A stretch of 63,988 nt of DNA, filler included, from Barthelona sp. PAP020 (taxonomy: Eukaryota): NCBI GenBank assembly GCA_040182905.1. It is 3 parts of 3 records of this genome, joined end to end, with 100 filler letters (N's around TTAATTAATTAA, not from the genome) between each part and the next. Parts side by side here need not be neighbours in the genome. Positions count along the whole stretch, not along the records: positions 48,264 to 63,988 come from JARQWU010000274.1; 2 more parts are not named here. The stretch is one strand, 5' to 3'. Shown piece by piece: positions 50,958-60,700 of this stretch (position 1 is the first letter of the stretch; the number at the start of each line of letters is the position of its first letter). The notes below the pieces were generated by a model. The model had not been told where the DNA came from. It made no database searches and saw only the letters and a program-made list of their open reading frames with translations. Both the position numbers and the translations under genes were made by a program.

Positions 50958-53900
50958 ATGGATTACAGTTTATATCCTGAGATACTGGGAGAATATGAAT
51001 CAAATTCGAATGTTCTTCGCGAAAATTTGAAAATATTTAAATTGGCTTTAAGAGGGAATGTGACGCAATGTTTGAGAAAATTAGAAAATTGTAGTTATGA
51101 ATATACTGCAAAGAATATAGCTCTTTATTTGCATAATTTGAGTGGTAATAAAGATATGGCGACAATTAATAAATTGAAAAATGATATTGAGTTATTAGAT
51201 GGGGACGCTTCTTTGCCAGATGCGTTTTCAACTGCATTTTTTTATTTTTTAGTTGAAGATTATCATAAATGCAGTACCATTTGTGATGATGTTATAGATG
51301 ATGATCGTTTTGGTGTTGGAATTAAAGGATTGATGTATTTATCTCAATTATACAGTAACAAACGCAATTTTACCCAATTACAAGATTTAATAAGAACTGT
51401 ACAATCAAAACCTAAGAATATTTTACCAAGATTGTGTTTGTTCAGATATTATTTGACTATTGGAAACGATATACAAAATGCAAGGTTACAATTAAGTCAT
51501 TTGAACTCATATTATCAAGATATGCAGTTTATTAGGGAATTGTCCATTCAATTACATTTTGTTTCCAGACAGTATCAAAATATGGTGGAGGAAGCGTTTG
51601 ATTTAATTGAATCTGATTCTCACATTGCTGCATTTTGTACTTGTTTGGGAAGTTTGCTGATAGATGAGAATTATGAGCAATTTCAAGAAAACTTTCAGCA
51701 ATTATTTAAGATTTTACAAGGAAATGAAAAGCAAAATTACAAATTAAAGCTGAAATACCTTAGAAGTCTTGCATATACATCTTACGATGTGAATAATTTT
51801 GGGGAACAATATTTTGTTTTGCTTAATGAACTTAAGGAAGATTGTGGTGGTTCTTTTTATGACAATAAATTAGGAAACGATTTAAAGAGAGAAATAGGTG
51901 TATTATTAATGTATATTGGATTGAAGAAGGATGATGGTGTTATGTATAAGGCTGGTATAGGTATATTGGGTAATGTCACAAGAGAAACAAATGTTATTAG
52001 TGTTGAGGCTAATGTGTTTAGACTTTATAAACACTTAAAGAAGTCCAGATACGATGATATAGATTCGTTGTTACTAAAGATTGGATTATCAGATGAGGAA
52101 AAGTCTAGTCGATTCAAATTAATGGAGCTTTCAATGTTTCAACGGTCAACAATGGATCCCATGTTATTTGTGTCTGAAATGTCGGATGTTTTTATTAAAC
52201 ACATAAATGACATCAGTAAGTACTTAAAAACTGTGTATCCTACTTCTTTTGTCGATGAATTATATCATATTATTGGTGTTGAAACTGAATCATCCAGTAT
52301 TAACAATGATGAGGATGACTTTGATGATTCATCCGATGATGATGAAAGTATGACGATTAATACACTTGTTAATGGGGATCGAAAGAAGATTGGACATATT
52401 CGTGAAAGTTATGATTTTTGTGATATACTTGAACTGGTGGATTGTCCTTTATTATTAGACATTGCTGTAAACATGTTGAAATTGTTACCTATCGATTCCT
52501 TTCAACCTTTCTTTTTGGAATCACTTAAAAAACGTAAAGTTGTCGATGAAAATCTATTAGAATCTTTGAATGAACATTTGAGAGCTACACCACTTGTATC
52601 CAATTTGTTATTATGGGTGAAGCGTATTTTAGATGTTATCTTGAAGTTTATGCCTCGAAATACATCTGCAAGTATTTTATTGTCGATTATCAAGGCATTA
52701 GAAGGAAATACAGATTCTTTGGATTTAACAAAACTCAGTTTCAACAGTTATGCCTTATTGTATCAAAGTTGTTTAACTTCACTCAATGTAACCAATGAAA
52801 ACAGCAAGGAATTACGAAATTATTTGGAACAATCGGCTAATTTTGACTATATTCGAAATACTTCTTTCTTTATATTAATGTTGGCAAGAGAAAAGTTTAT
52901 TAATGAGAGTTACGATGATTCTTTTAAGTTATTTGCACGTTATTTGATTAGAGAAGGTTATTTAAAGCCAAAAACTGATGATATTGAGAAAAAATTAGTT
53001 GATCATAATCTTTTACGTTCATTAAATATTGTTGGTGGTAATACTTTAAATGCTATCATTAGGTTTAAACAACAAAATGAAAAAGGTATGGTTATGGCAT
53101 CTTCTATGCGATCAGAATCTGTTACACCCATAATTTCTTACAATCAATTTATTCAATCTACTTTTCCCAGTGCTCATTTAATATTAGATACTTTTTTAAT
53201 GTTATTATTGAGTTACGCTTTATCTTTAAGTCGTCGAAATAATAAAGGAGAGAAATTCAATTTGAATCGTGAGTTAAATGTGTTGTTTAACTTTTTGGGA
53301 AAAATACAAATTTCATCAGTGGTGTCACGACCAATGGAGATGTCTCAAAAAGTTGAATCAAAGAATTTTGGTTTTTCTGATTCTGAAGAAGAAAATGATA
53401 CAGAAAAGGTTGATTCTAATAGTGATGATTCTGACAAAGACAGTGATCAAGAACAGGATAGTGATGAAGAAGAATTGGAATTTGAAGATCATCGTTATTT
53501 TTGGAGTGATTTGTTGAAGATCTGTGAAAGTTATATAAATATTGAGTTTAATAGAACGCAAATTGCATTAAATTTACTAGAAAGATTTCCTTCATCTTCA
53601 AAATTATTTTTAACTGCAACTGAAATACTTGCACAATTATATTTGACCCAAAATGTTGATAAACAAGGATATCTTGCATGTTATCAAAAGATAGCAAAGC
53701 TCAGACCAACTGCTGAAAATTATATCCATCTATCAGAAGCCTTTTTGAAAATTACAATGCCACAACCTGCTCTTGCATGTTTAAAGAAAGCTAAGACCAT
53801 TTTACAGCAAAAAGAACAAACAATCACTTTTGAAACCCAAGGTATCATTCAATCTTATGAATCTAATGAAATACTCATTGCTAAAAGATCCGAAATTATC

Positions 53901-55754
53901 AATATAAAGTTAGATTTAATCGAATTAGACATTAAAATGGCTTCCATTTTCGAATCAATCTATTGTTTCCAAGATAGTTTTGTTATTTATACTTCTACAA
54001 TGGATACAATTAAAGAATTGGAAGAATCTTTACAAAATCGTCCTGAGTTAATCAAATTGAAAAAATTAGAATTTCAAGCATGCAGAAGTACAGCTAATCT
54101 GGCCATTTTATTAGATAGAGGTAATGAGGCCACTAAATTATTGATTGTTCCCACTTCAGTATTTGAACAACAAAATACAATGAATGTTGAGCTATTATTA
54201 GAATATGCGAACAACCTCATAGCATTATCTGATATCTATTTGGATAATCCTTCTTATGGGACAATGGAGAATGTTTTGGACTTTAGAATGGATGCCAAAT
54301 TGTTGATACAAACAGTCATGAACAAATTAACAGGGGGCAGACAATATGAAATCAAGAGAAAACTTGCTGATTTAACTTTTTCCATTGGTGAATTGAAATT
54401 GAAAACACAAGATGCAGATGGTGCCTTGTTCAGTTTTAATGAAACATTAAAATTGAATGAAGAGCATGTTAAAGCACTTATTGCTTTGGCTCAACAAGCT
54501 TACAATAAACAAGCTTTTGAAGAATGTCAAAAATATTGTTTTAGCGTTGTTAGAAGCAATCCAAACAATACTGAAGCTTGTTTTATGCTTGCAAAGATTG
54601 GATTCCACATGAAAAATTACAGTACGGCAGCACATTATTTCGATAAATTGCTAAGCAATGATCCTTTGAATTGGGAAGTTTTAACACATTTCGCTGCGTT
54701 AACTGACAGTACTCGAGGATCGAATTATATTGTTAGATTGAAAAATCACTTGGAATTCGCCAAATTTACACTATCCGCAGATCCTCAATATAGTTCAGAA
54801 GATGATTATCCTGCAGGATACCATTTTGCTTGTGGTGTTTATGCTCAACACAATAATGATTTACAAATTGCCCTAAAACATCTTAACATTCTTAGATTTG
54901 ACTCTAAATATGGGTTTAAAGCTACATTACGAATGATTGATATATATTTTAAGGTTTTAGATATTTACAAGGTTGAGAAGTCTGATTCAGAGCAAGAAAC
55001 TGAGAAAACTGAGCCTAAAAAGTCCAAGCCTAACGCTAATCTTGAAATGTTTGATACAGACAATAAAGGAGCTGATACTGTCAAGAAATCGTTAATTAAA
55101 TCGGTAAAAACTTTGATTGATGAAATTCCCAGTTCGATGTTTGGACAGGATTTAATTAGTCATGAAATACTGAAATGTTATTCAATGACTGTCACTGAAA
55201 ACACTCAAGAATTGGCTAAAGCTCAATCTAAGCTTGTTGAAATTCTTTCTACTCAACCATCCAATCCTTCAGCTTTGTTATGTTTAGCTACAGTTCAATT
55301 AAGACAAAATGATCAATCAAGAGCAAGAAACACTTTGAAAAAAATGCTCAGAATTCGTCCTGAAGTATGTGATCCAACTGATTTAGAAAACGCTTATTTA
55401 ATTCAGGCAGGATTGTATCTAATTGTAAACAAATTTGACAACGCATTGAATTTATGCAAGAAAGCCTTAAGATTGAATGATTCTTGTGCTCAAGCTTATG
55501 AATATTGTGGTGATATCATGGAGAGAGAACAAAGTTACAAAAATGCAGCTGATTATTATGAAAAGGCTTGGCAAATTGAAGGTAAAAGAGATGTAGCAAT
55601 TGGCTATAAATTAGCTTTCAATTATCTTAAAGCTGATCGCTATGTTGATGCAATTGACATTGGTTTGAAAATTTTGGAAGAAGATCCAAATAATGAAAAA
55701 ATTCAAACTGAAATTATCAATTATGCAATATCAAAATTAAAAACTGAGTCCTAA
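50958..55754 (+). CDS. TTC21B: TPR protein IFT139/TTC21B
   Basis: C-terminal GDIMEREQSYKNAADYYEKAW...IGYKLAFNYLKADRYVDAID. Confidence 0.88.
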   Translation: MDYSLYPEILGEYESNSNVLRENLKIFKLALRGNVTQCLRKLENCSYEYTAKNIALYLHNLSGNKDMATINKLKNDIELLDGDASLPDAFSTAFFYFLVEDYHKCSTICDDVIDDDRFGVGIKGLMYLSQLYSNKRNFTQLQDLIRTVQSKPKNILPRLCLFRYYLTIGNDIQNARLQLSHLNSYYQDMQFIRELSIQLHFVSRQYQNMVEEAFDLIESDSHIAAFCTCLGSLLIDENYEQFQENFQQLFKILQGNEKQNYKLKLKYLRSLAYTSYDVNNFGEQYFVLLNELKEDCGGSFYDNKLGNDLKREIGVLLMYIGLKKDDGVMYKAGIGILGNVTRETNVISVEANVFRLYKHLKKSRYDDIDSLLLKIGLSDEEKSSRFKLMELSMFQRSTMDPMLFVSEMSDVFIKHINDISKYLKTVYPTSFVDELYHIIGVETESSSINNDEDDFDDSSDDDESMTINTLVNGDRKKIGHIRESYDFCDILELVDCPLLLDIAVNMLKLLPIDSFQPFFLESLKKRKVVDENLLESLNEHLRATPLVSNLLLWVKRILDVILKFMPRNTSASILLSIIKALEGNTDSLDLTKLSFNSYALLYQSCLTSLNVTNENSKELRNYLEQSANFDYIRNTSFFILMLAREKFINESYDDSFKLFARYLIREGYLKPKTDDIEKKLVDHNLLRSLNIVGGNTLNAIIRFKQQNEKGMVMASSMRSESVTPIISYNQFIQSTFPSAHLILDTFLMLLLSYALSLSRRNNKGEKFNLNRELNVLFNFLGKIQISSVVSRPMEMSQKVESKNFGFSDSEEENDTEKVDSNSDDSDKDSDQEQDSDEEELEFEDHRYFWSDLLKICESYINIEFNRTQIALNLLERFPSSSKLFLTATEILAQLYLTQNVDKQGYLACYQKIAKLRPTAENYIHLSEAFLKITMPQPALACLKKAKTILQQKEQTITFETQGIIQSYESNEILIAKRSEIINIKLDLIELDIKMASIFESIYCFQDSFVIYTSTMDTIKELEESLQNRPELIKLKKLEFQACRSTANLAILLDRGNEATKLLIVPTSVFEQQNTMNVELLLEYANNLIALSDIYLDNPSYGTMENVLDFRMDAKLLIQTVMNKLTGGRQYEIKRKLADLTFSIGELKLKTQDADGALFSFNETLKLNEEHVKALIALAQQAYNKQAFEECQKYCFSVVRSNPNNTEACFMLAKIGFHMKNYSTAAHYFDKLLSNDPLNWEVLTHFAALTDSTRGSNYIVRLKNHLEFAKFTLSADPQYSSEDDYPAGYHFACGVYAQHNNDLQIALKHLNILRFDSKYGFKATLRMIDIYFKVLDIYKVEKSDSEQETEKTEPKKSKPNANLEMFDTDNKGADTVKKSLIKSVKTLIDEIPSSMFGQDLISHEILKCYSMTVTENTQELAKAQSKLVEILSTQPSNPSALLCLATVQLRQNDQSRARNTLKKMLRIRPEVCDPTDLENAYLIQAGLYLIVNKFDNALNLCKKALRLNDSCAQAYEYCGDIMEREQSYKNAADYYEKAWQIEGKRDVAIGYKLAFNYLKADRYVDAIDIGLKILEEDPNNEKIQTEIINYAISKLKTES

Positions 55755-56013
55755 AAATTGTATTTTATAAATGTATCAAATGTTTCACACTTTTTTTTCA
55801 AATTTTGGGAGGCATTGATTGAAAATATTTATCAAAGAGATATTTGTGATGAAAATCTGTATAAATAATACAGAAAAGGACAAATATCCATTGAGTTAGG
55901 GCGAAGAAATAACTACACAAATAAATATTGGAAAAGATAGCATCAGATAAATTTGTGGTGGTGATAAAAGGAACTGCTTTGTTTTTTGATTTTCAATTTT
56001 ATCAATTACTACA

Positions 56014-57477
56014 ATGTCTATTGAGGATATTGTTGAACAATTAGCGAACCAAAACGAGATTATTGTTGCTGCAACTAATCAACAAGTTGATGGTGCAGTA
56101 AAATCTTTGCAAAATCGTGGAGCCGTTGAAGTATCTGTATTTAAGGAGAGAAAAGTTGTTTTGACTGAGAAAGGAACGGAAATACTAACTTCTGAATCTC
56201 CTGAAGTAAAGATTTTCAATGCTGTTTCCAATGATGGTATTTTGAAGTCTGAGTTGGAGACTCTTTTTTCTGATGATGACATTATCAAGGAAGGATTTGG
56301 AATATGTATGAAGAAAAGATATTTCAATGTTGAAAAAAGAGATGGTGATATGTTTTTGACAAAAAGAATGGACATTGTTGAAGATGAAACCCAAAAGATA
56401 TTGAACGAAATCAACAACAATCCTTCTGCTGAAATCGCTAAAAATATTTTCACTGATTTGAGAAGAAGAAAATTAGTTGAGACACAAACTTTTTCAAATT
56501 ACAAATTGTCTAAAGGTCCCTACTTTGATGATGCCTTGAAACCACTTGCCTCTCATTTAACCCAAGCAATTATTGTCAGCAACACCTCTGATGATTACAA
56601 TTTCAAAATGAATTTTAACACTCTTGGACAACCTTGTTTACAAGGCCAATTACATCCTTTATTAAAGATGAAAGAACTATACAAGAAGATCTTCATTTCA
56701 ATGGGTTTTCAAGAAATGGTAACAAATAACTATGTCGAATCATCATTTTGGAATTTTGATACTCTTTGGTTACCCCAACAACATCCTGCAAGAGATGCCC
56801 AAGATACTTTCTTCATGAAAAATCCTGCTGAAGCAAAACCTTATAGAGATGGTATTCTTGGTGAATATTGGGAAAAAACAAGAAGTATTCATGAAAAGGG
56901 TGGATATGGATCCATTGGTTATAGATATGATTGGAATGAAAATGAAGCAATGAAAAACGTTTTAAGAACACATACCACAGCTTGTTCTTCTCGTTTATTA
57001 TTTAAATTGGCTCAAAACAACTTTAAGCCAATGAAAATTTTTTCCATTGATCGTGTTTTCAGAAATGAAACTGTTGATGCCACACATTTAGCTGAATTTC
57101 ATCAAGTCGAAGGTGTTGTTTGTGGTAAAGGTTTAACCTTAGGACATTTGATTGGTATTATTCAAGAGTTTTTCAATAGATTAGGAATTAAGGAATTGAG
57201 ATTCAAACCTGCTTTCAATCCATACACAGAACCAAGTATGGAAATCATGTCTTACATGGAATCCAGAAATGAGTGGGTTGAAGTTGGAAATTCAGGATTG
57301 TTCAGACCTGAAATGCTTAGACCTATGGGATTACCTGAAGATGTTGTTGTTTGTGGTTGGGGATTATCTTTAGAAAGACCTACCATGATTAAAACTGGAA
57401 GAACAAAAATTAGAGAATTGTTTGGTCATGATGTGGACATGGAACTAATCAGAAAGACTGGCTGCATTTGCAATTAG
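56014..57477 (+). CDS. FARSA: cytosolic phenylalanyl-tRNA synthetase alpha subunit
   Basis: PQQHPARDAQDTFF, LRTHTTA, DRVFRNETVDATHLAEFHQVEG, FNPYTEPS, WGLSLERPTM. Confidence 0.97.
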   Translation: MSIEDIVEQLANQNEIIVAATNQQVDGAVKSLQNRGAVEVSVFKERKVVLTEKGTEILTSESPEVKIFNAVSNDGILKSELETLFSDDDIIKEGFGICMKKRYFNVEKRDGDMFLTKRMDIVEDETQKILNEINNNPSAEIAKNIFTDLRRRKLVETQTFSNYKLSKGPYFDDALKPLASHLTQAIIVSNTSDDYNFKMNFNTLGQPCLQGQLHPLLKMKELYKKIFISMGFQEMVTNNYVESSFWNFDTLWLPQQHPARDAQDTFFMKNPAEAKPYRDGILGEYWEKTRSIHEKGGYGSIGYRYDWNENEAMKNVLRTHTTACSSRLLFKLAQNNFKPMKIFSIDRVFRNETVDATHLAEFHQVEGVVCGKGLTLGHLIGIIQEFFNRLGIKELRFKPAFNPYTEPSMEIMSYMESRNEWVEVGNSGLFRPEMLRPMGLPEDVVVCGWGLSLERPTMIKTGRTKIRELFGHDVDMELIRKTGCICN

Positions 57478-57786
57478 GTGATAAATATTATATTTATTTG
57501 TTTATTTTATGTTTCTTAAACCTGATGCGTTGTTTAATATGTGTATCTCCTCTTGAAACATTCCAAATGTTCTTCTGATCTGTAAACAATCACTCTTTTG
57601 CAGACTTTTGTGTTAATTTGTTGTTTGAATTAGCAGGAACTTTCAAATTTTCAAATTTTCACAAGAATAGTTTGATATTTACACTCATCAGTTGGATTTA
57701 GTCCATTAACAACCAAAAATTCACCATTTATACCTTTATATTCTATTCACTCATGCAACAGTGGTTTTTGAGAGAAAAAAAACATT

Positions 57787-60700
57787 TCAAATTTTATCAA
57801 TTATTTCAAAAGCTTCAAAAGCTTCAAAGTATTTGTCAACAATTTCTTTCTCAGCTTTTTTAACACTAAATTCGATCTCATTTTTGAAGGAGTTAAAATT
57901 CTGCAAAAGATTTTGATCGGGTGAACTGACCACATCTTCAAAAATTTGCTTAAATTCATCTTCAAAATTTTTGTAAGCCTCAAGAAATTCTTGTTCAATA
58001 TTTTGAACAAATTGATCCAATGGTTCTAATATTCTTTGACAAATATCATCTGGCAATTGAGTAGCCCAATGATCTTGTTGAAAAGTGACTCTCAATACCG
58101 GGGACAAGGTAGGAGAAGTTGGTTGAGATGGGAAAATCAAAAGCTTTAATTTTTTTATTGCTTCATCATTTTCCTCCAATTCAAGATTGAAAAAAGTTCT
58201 CAGTTCTTGAGAACATCCATAACTTTCCTCAACTAAACTCATTAGTTTGTTAAAAGCAAGATCAGAAAGCAACTGATTGTGGTTCTGGTTATGGTTCTTA
58301 TCATCATTATTCTTTTTGAAGATCAAAGCAATCCTCAAAATCAATTTAATCAAGCTCGGATTTTTATTCAACGACAATGAATTTACTGCTTCAACAAATG
58401 TGTTTGTTGAGCAATTATTCACATCTAACAACATCAGGATTGCACAATTCAATCTTAAATCGAACAAAGGGGATTGACTGAATAATTCACGTGATTTCAT
58501 TGTTCCAGCAAATGCAATACTATTGATGAAGGATAATAATAAGGATAAAGGAATAGTATGTTCATTGAAAATGCTAAAATGTAACGATTCTAATTCAATA
58601 TTTCTCAGTAAATGTACACTATTCTGAATCAAGAGGCTATTGTCATTGACATCAGTCGGTCTAGCTATTCTTTTAACTAACACTTGAATAATAACCTGTT
58701 TTCGAAATTCAGGGGTTGTATACATGTCATGAATAGTCTGAAATAAAAACGGTGAAGTTGAATTAGCCAAACCATTCATTAAAATATCAGAGGCAACATT
58801 AACAACAAGATTTTGAACTTCTATACTTTCTGCATTGATGAATAATACCTTTAGATCATTTAAAATGTAAGAATCCTCATACAAACATGCACAATTCTCT
58901 AAATAATTGAAAAGAGTCTTCAGAATCTTAAATTTATTGGTGTTGTTACTATGCTTCAATAACTTTAACAAAATATGCAATATCATAGCGTTATCAATAC
59001 TCTTTGTCATTTGACCCAAGTCAATTTCCCCAGTCATTACAATATTACCTGTTGAAGTGTTTGAACCACCAAATTGATTAAAATTCACAGATTTTTCCGA
59101 AGTACATAAGTTTAACAAACAGATAAGCACGTTAGTATTGTTAAAAAATCCAGGAATCATATGTAAAAATTCAAACTTTTTGAAATTCAATGAATAAAAT
59201 TTAAAAATGTGAAAAATCTGTAATAAGATCTTTTCTTCTCTTGTTAATAAAAACAGTCGTATCAAATTTGTCTCAAAAGGCTCAATATTTGCTTTTGTCA
59301 ACACATTTGATGACTTATAGATCACATTTAAACAGCATTGAACAAACATCAAATGATGATTATTATCGATTTCTTTATCTGCTTCTACATCAATATTGTC
59401 TACTTCCAATGCTTTTGGATTTTTAAAACATATATTTAAAGAGATAGAACACAAAGAAAACAATATCGAAAGGAATTGTGAAACCTTGCTACTGTTAGAT
59501 GCATTTCCCAATTGACTGACAATATTCAATAAAAATGAATTTAAGAAAGATAAAGAATTCTTGAGAAATCCTTCAATCTCACATTGTAAAATGTTCAATA
59601 ATAGATTGATTACCTTATTAAAGTCTTCAATATAAACAGACAATAAAAATTGAGCATCTAAAAATTCAGGTAAGAAAATCATGTTATTCTTTTTCAAAAA
59701 CGTCATAAAATTGTAAAATGTAGCAGGAAATAGGAAAATCATGATGATAAATGAGTCAACATTTGGTAAAGTATTGTTCAAATTTATTGAATCTGTCAAA
59801 TCATCACTATTCAATCTCTCATAACATTTAACAATCAATTGATGAATATTCTGATATTTACACTCTTCTAAATGCGATTTAGACATGGAAGAAACAATGT
59901 CAAACAATTTGTAGATGTTGCCTTTGCTATCAATCAAACCTTCATTAAAAACAGTTCTATCCTTTAAAGAAAACACTTTTATAAAAGAATCAATCGATAT
60001 TACCTCGTTTAACAACTTTAATTGATTAGCATCAGAATTATAATTGACCAAAGTTTTAACATGTGATTTTTCAACAATACAATAATTCAAACTTTGGGAA
60101 TTCAAAGATAAATGGTCTTTGGTAATGTTAAAGGGCAAATTATCAATAATTGTTTCACCATTGATTAAAATACTCAAACTTTCATCGATTATCTGAATTT
60201 CAACATTCACAAAAGAATTTATCAAGTCAAACCGCTTGATTGAATCGTCTTTAAACTTCAATTCTAATTTTCCATCTTGTAGTAAATTCAAAGTTAAAAC
60301 ATCTTTTTTATCAATGTTACTGTGTGAAATTGTAAATAAATCGATTTGTTGATAAAAGGGGCGAAACTTGAATTTGATTGATTCTTGAATTTGTAAGAAA
60401 TGACAAATGTTTGTGTTAAACGTTTGATATTCAATGAATTGAAAGAAATTCAAACTTATGGATAATGCTGTGAAAAAAGCTGAATAATCCCCAATATTGG
60501 TGCAAAATGCCAAAAATTTGTTCATAAAGCTATTATCATTGATTTCAGAAATAATTAAACCCAAAAATATTTGTAAAAGATTATATTTTTGATAATTTTT
60601 GGAAATTTTAAAAATTTTCAAAGTTTCAAAAATATTTTGTTGGAAATATTGAGAATTGAAAATTTTCTTTTTCAATTGGTGAGAATATCTAACAAATTTA

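Noticed and set aside
55846..55882. SECIS-like ATGA...AA...GA arrangement
   Set aside because: Helix II pairs poorly next to the quartet and the upstream gene has no in-frame TGA
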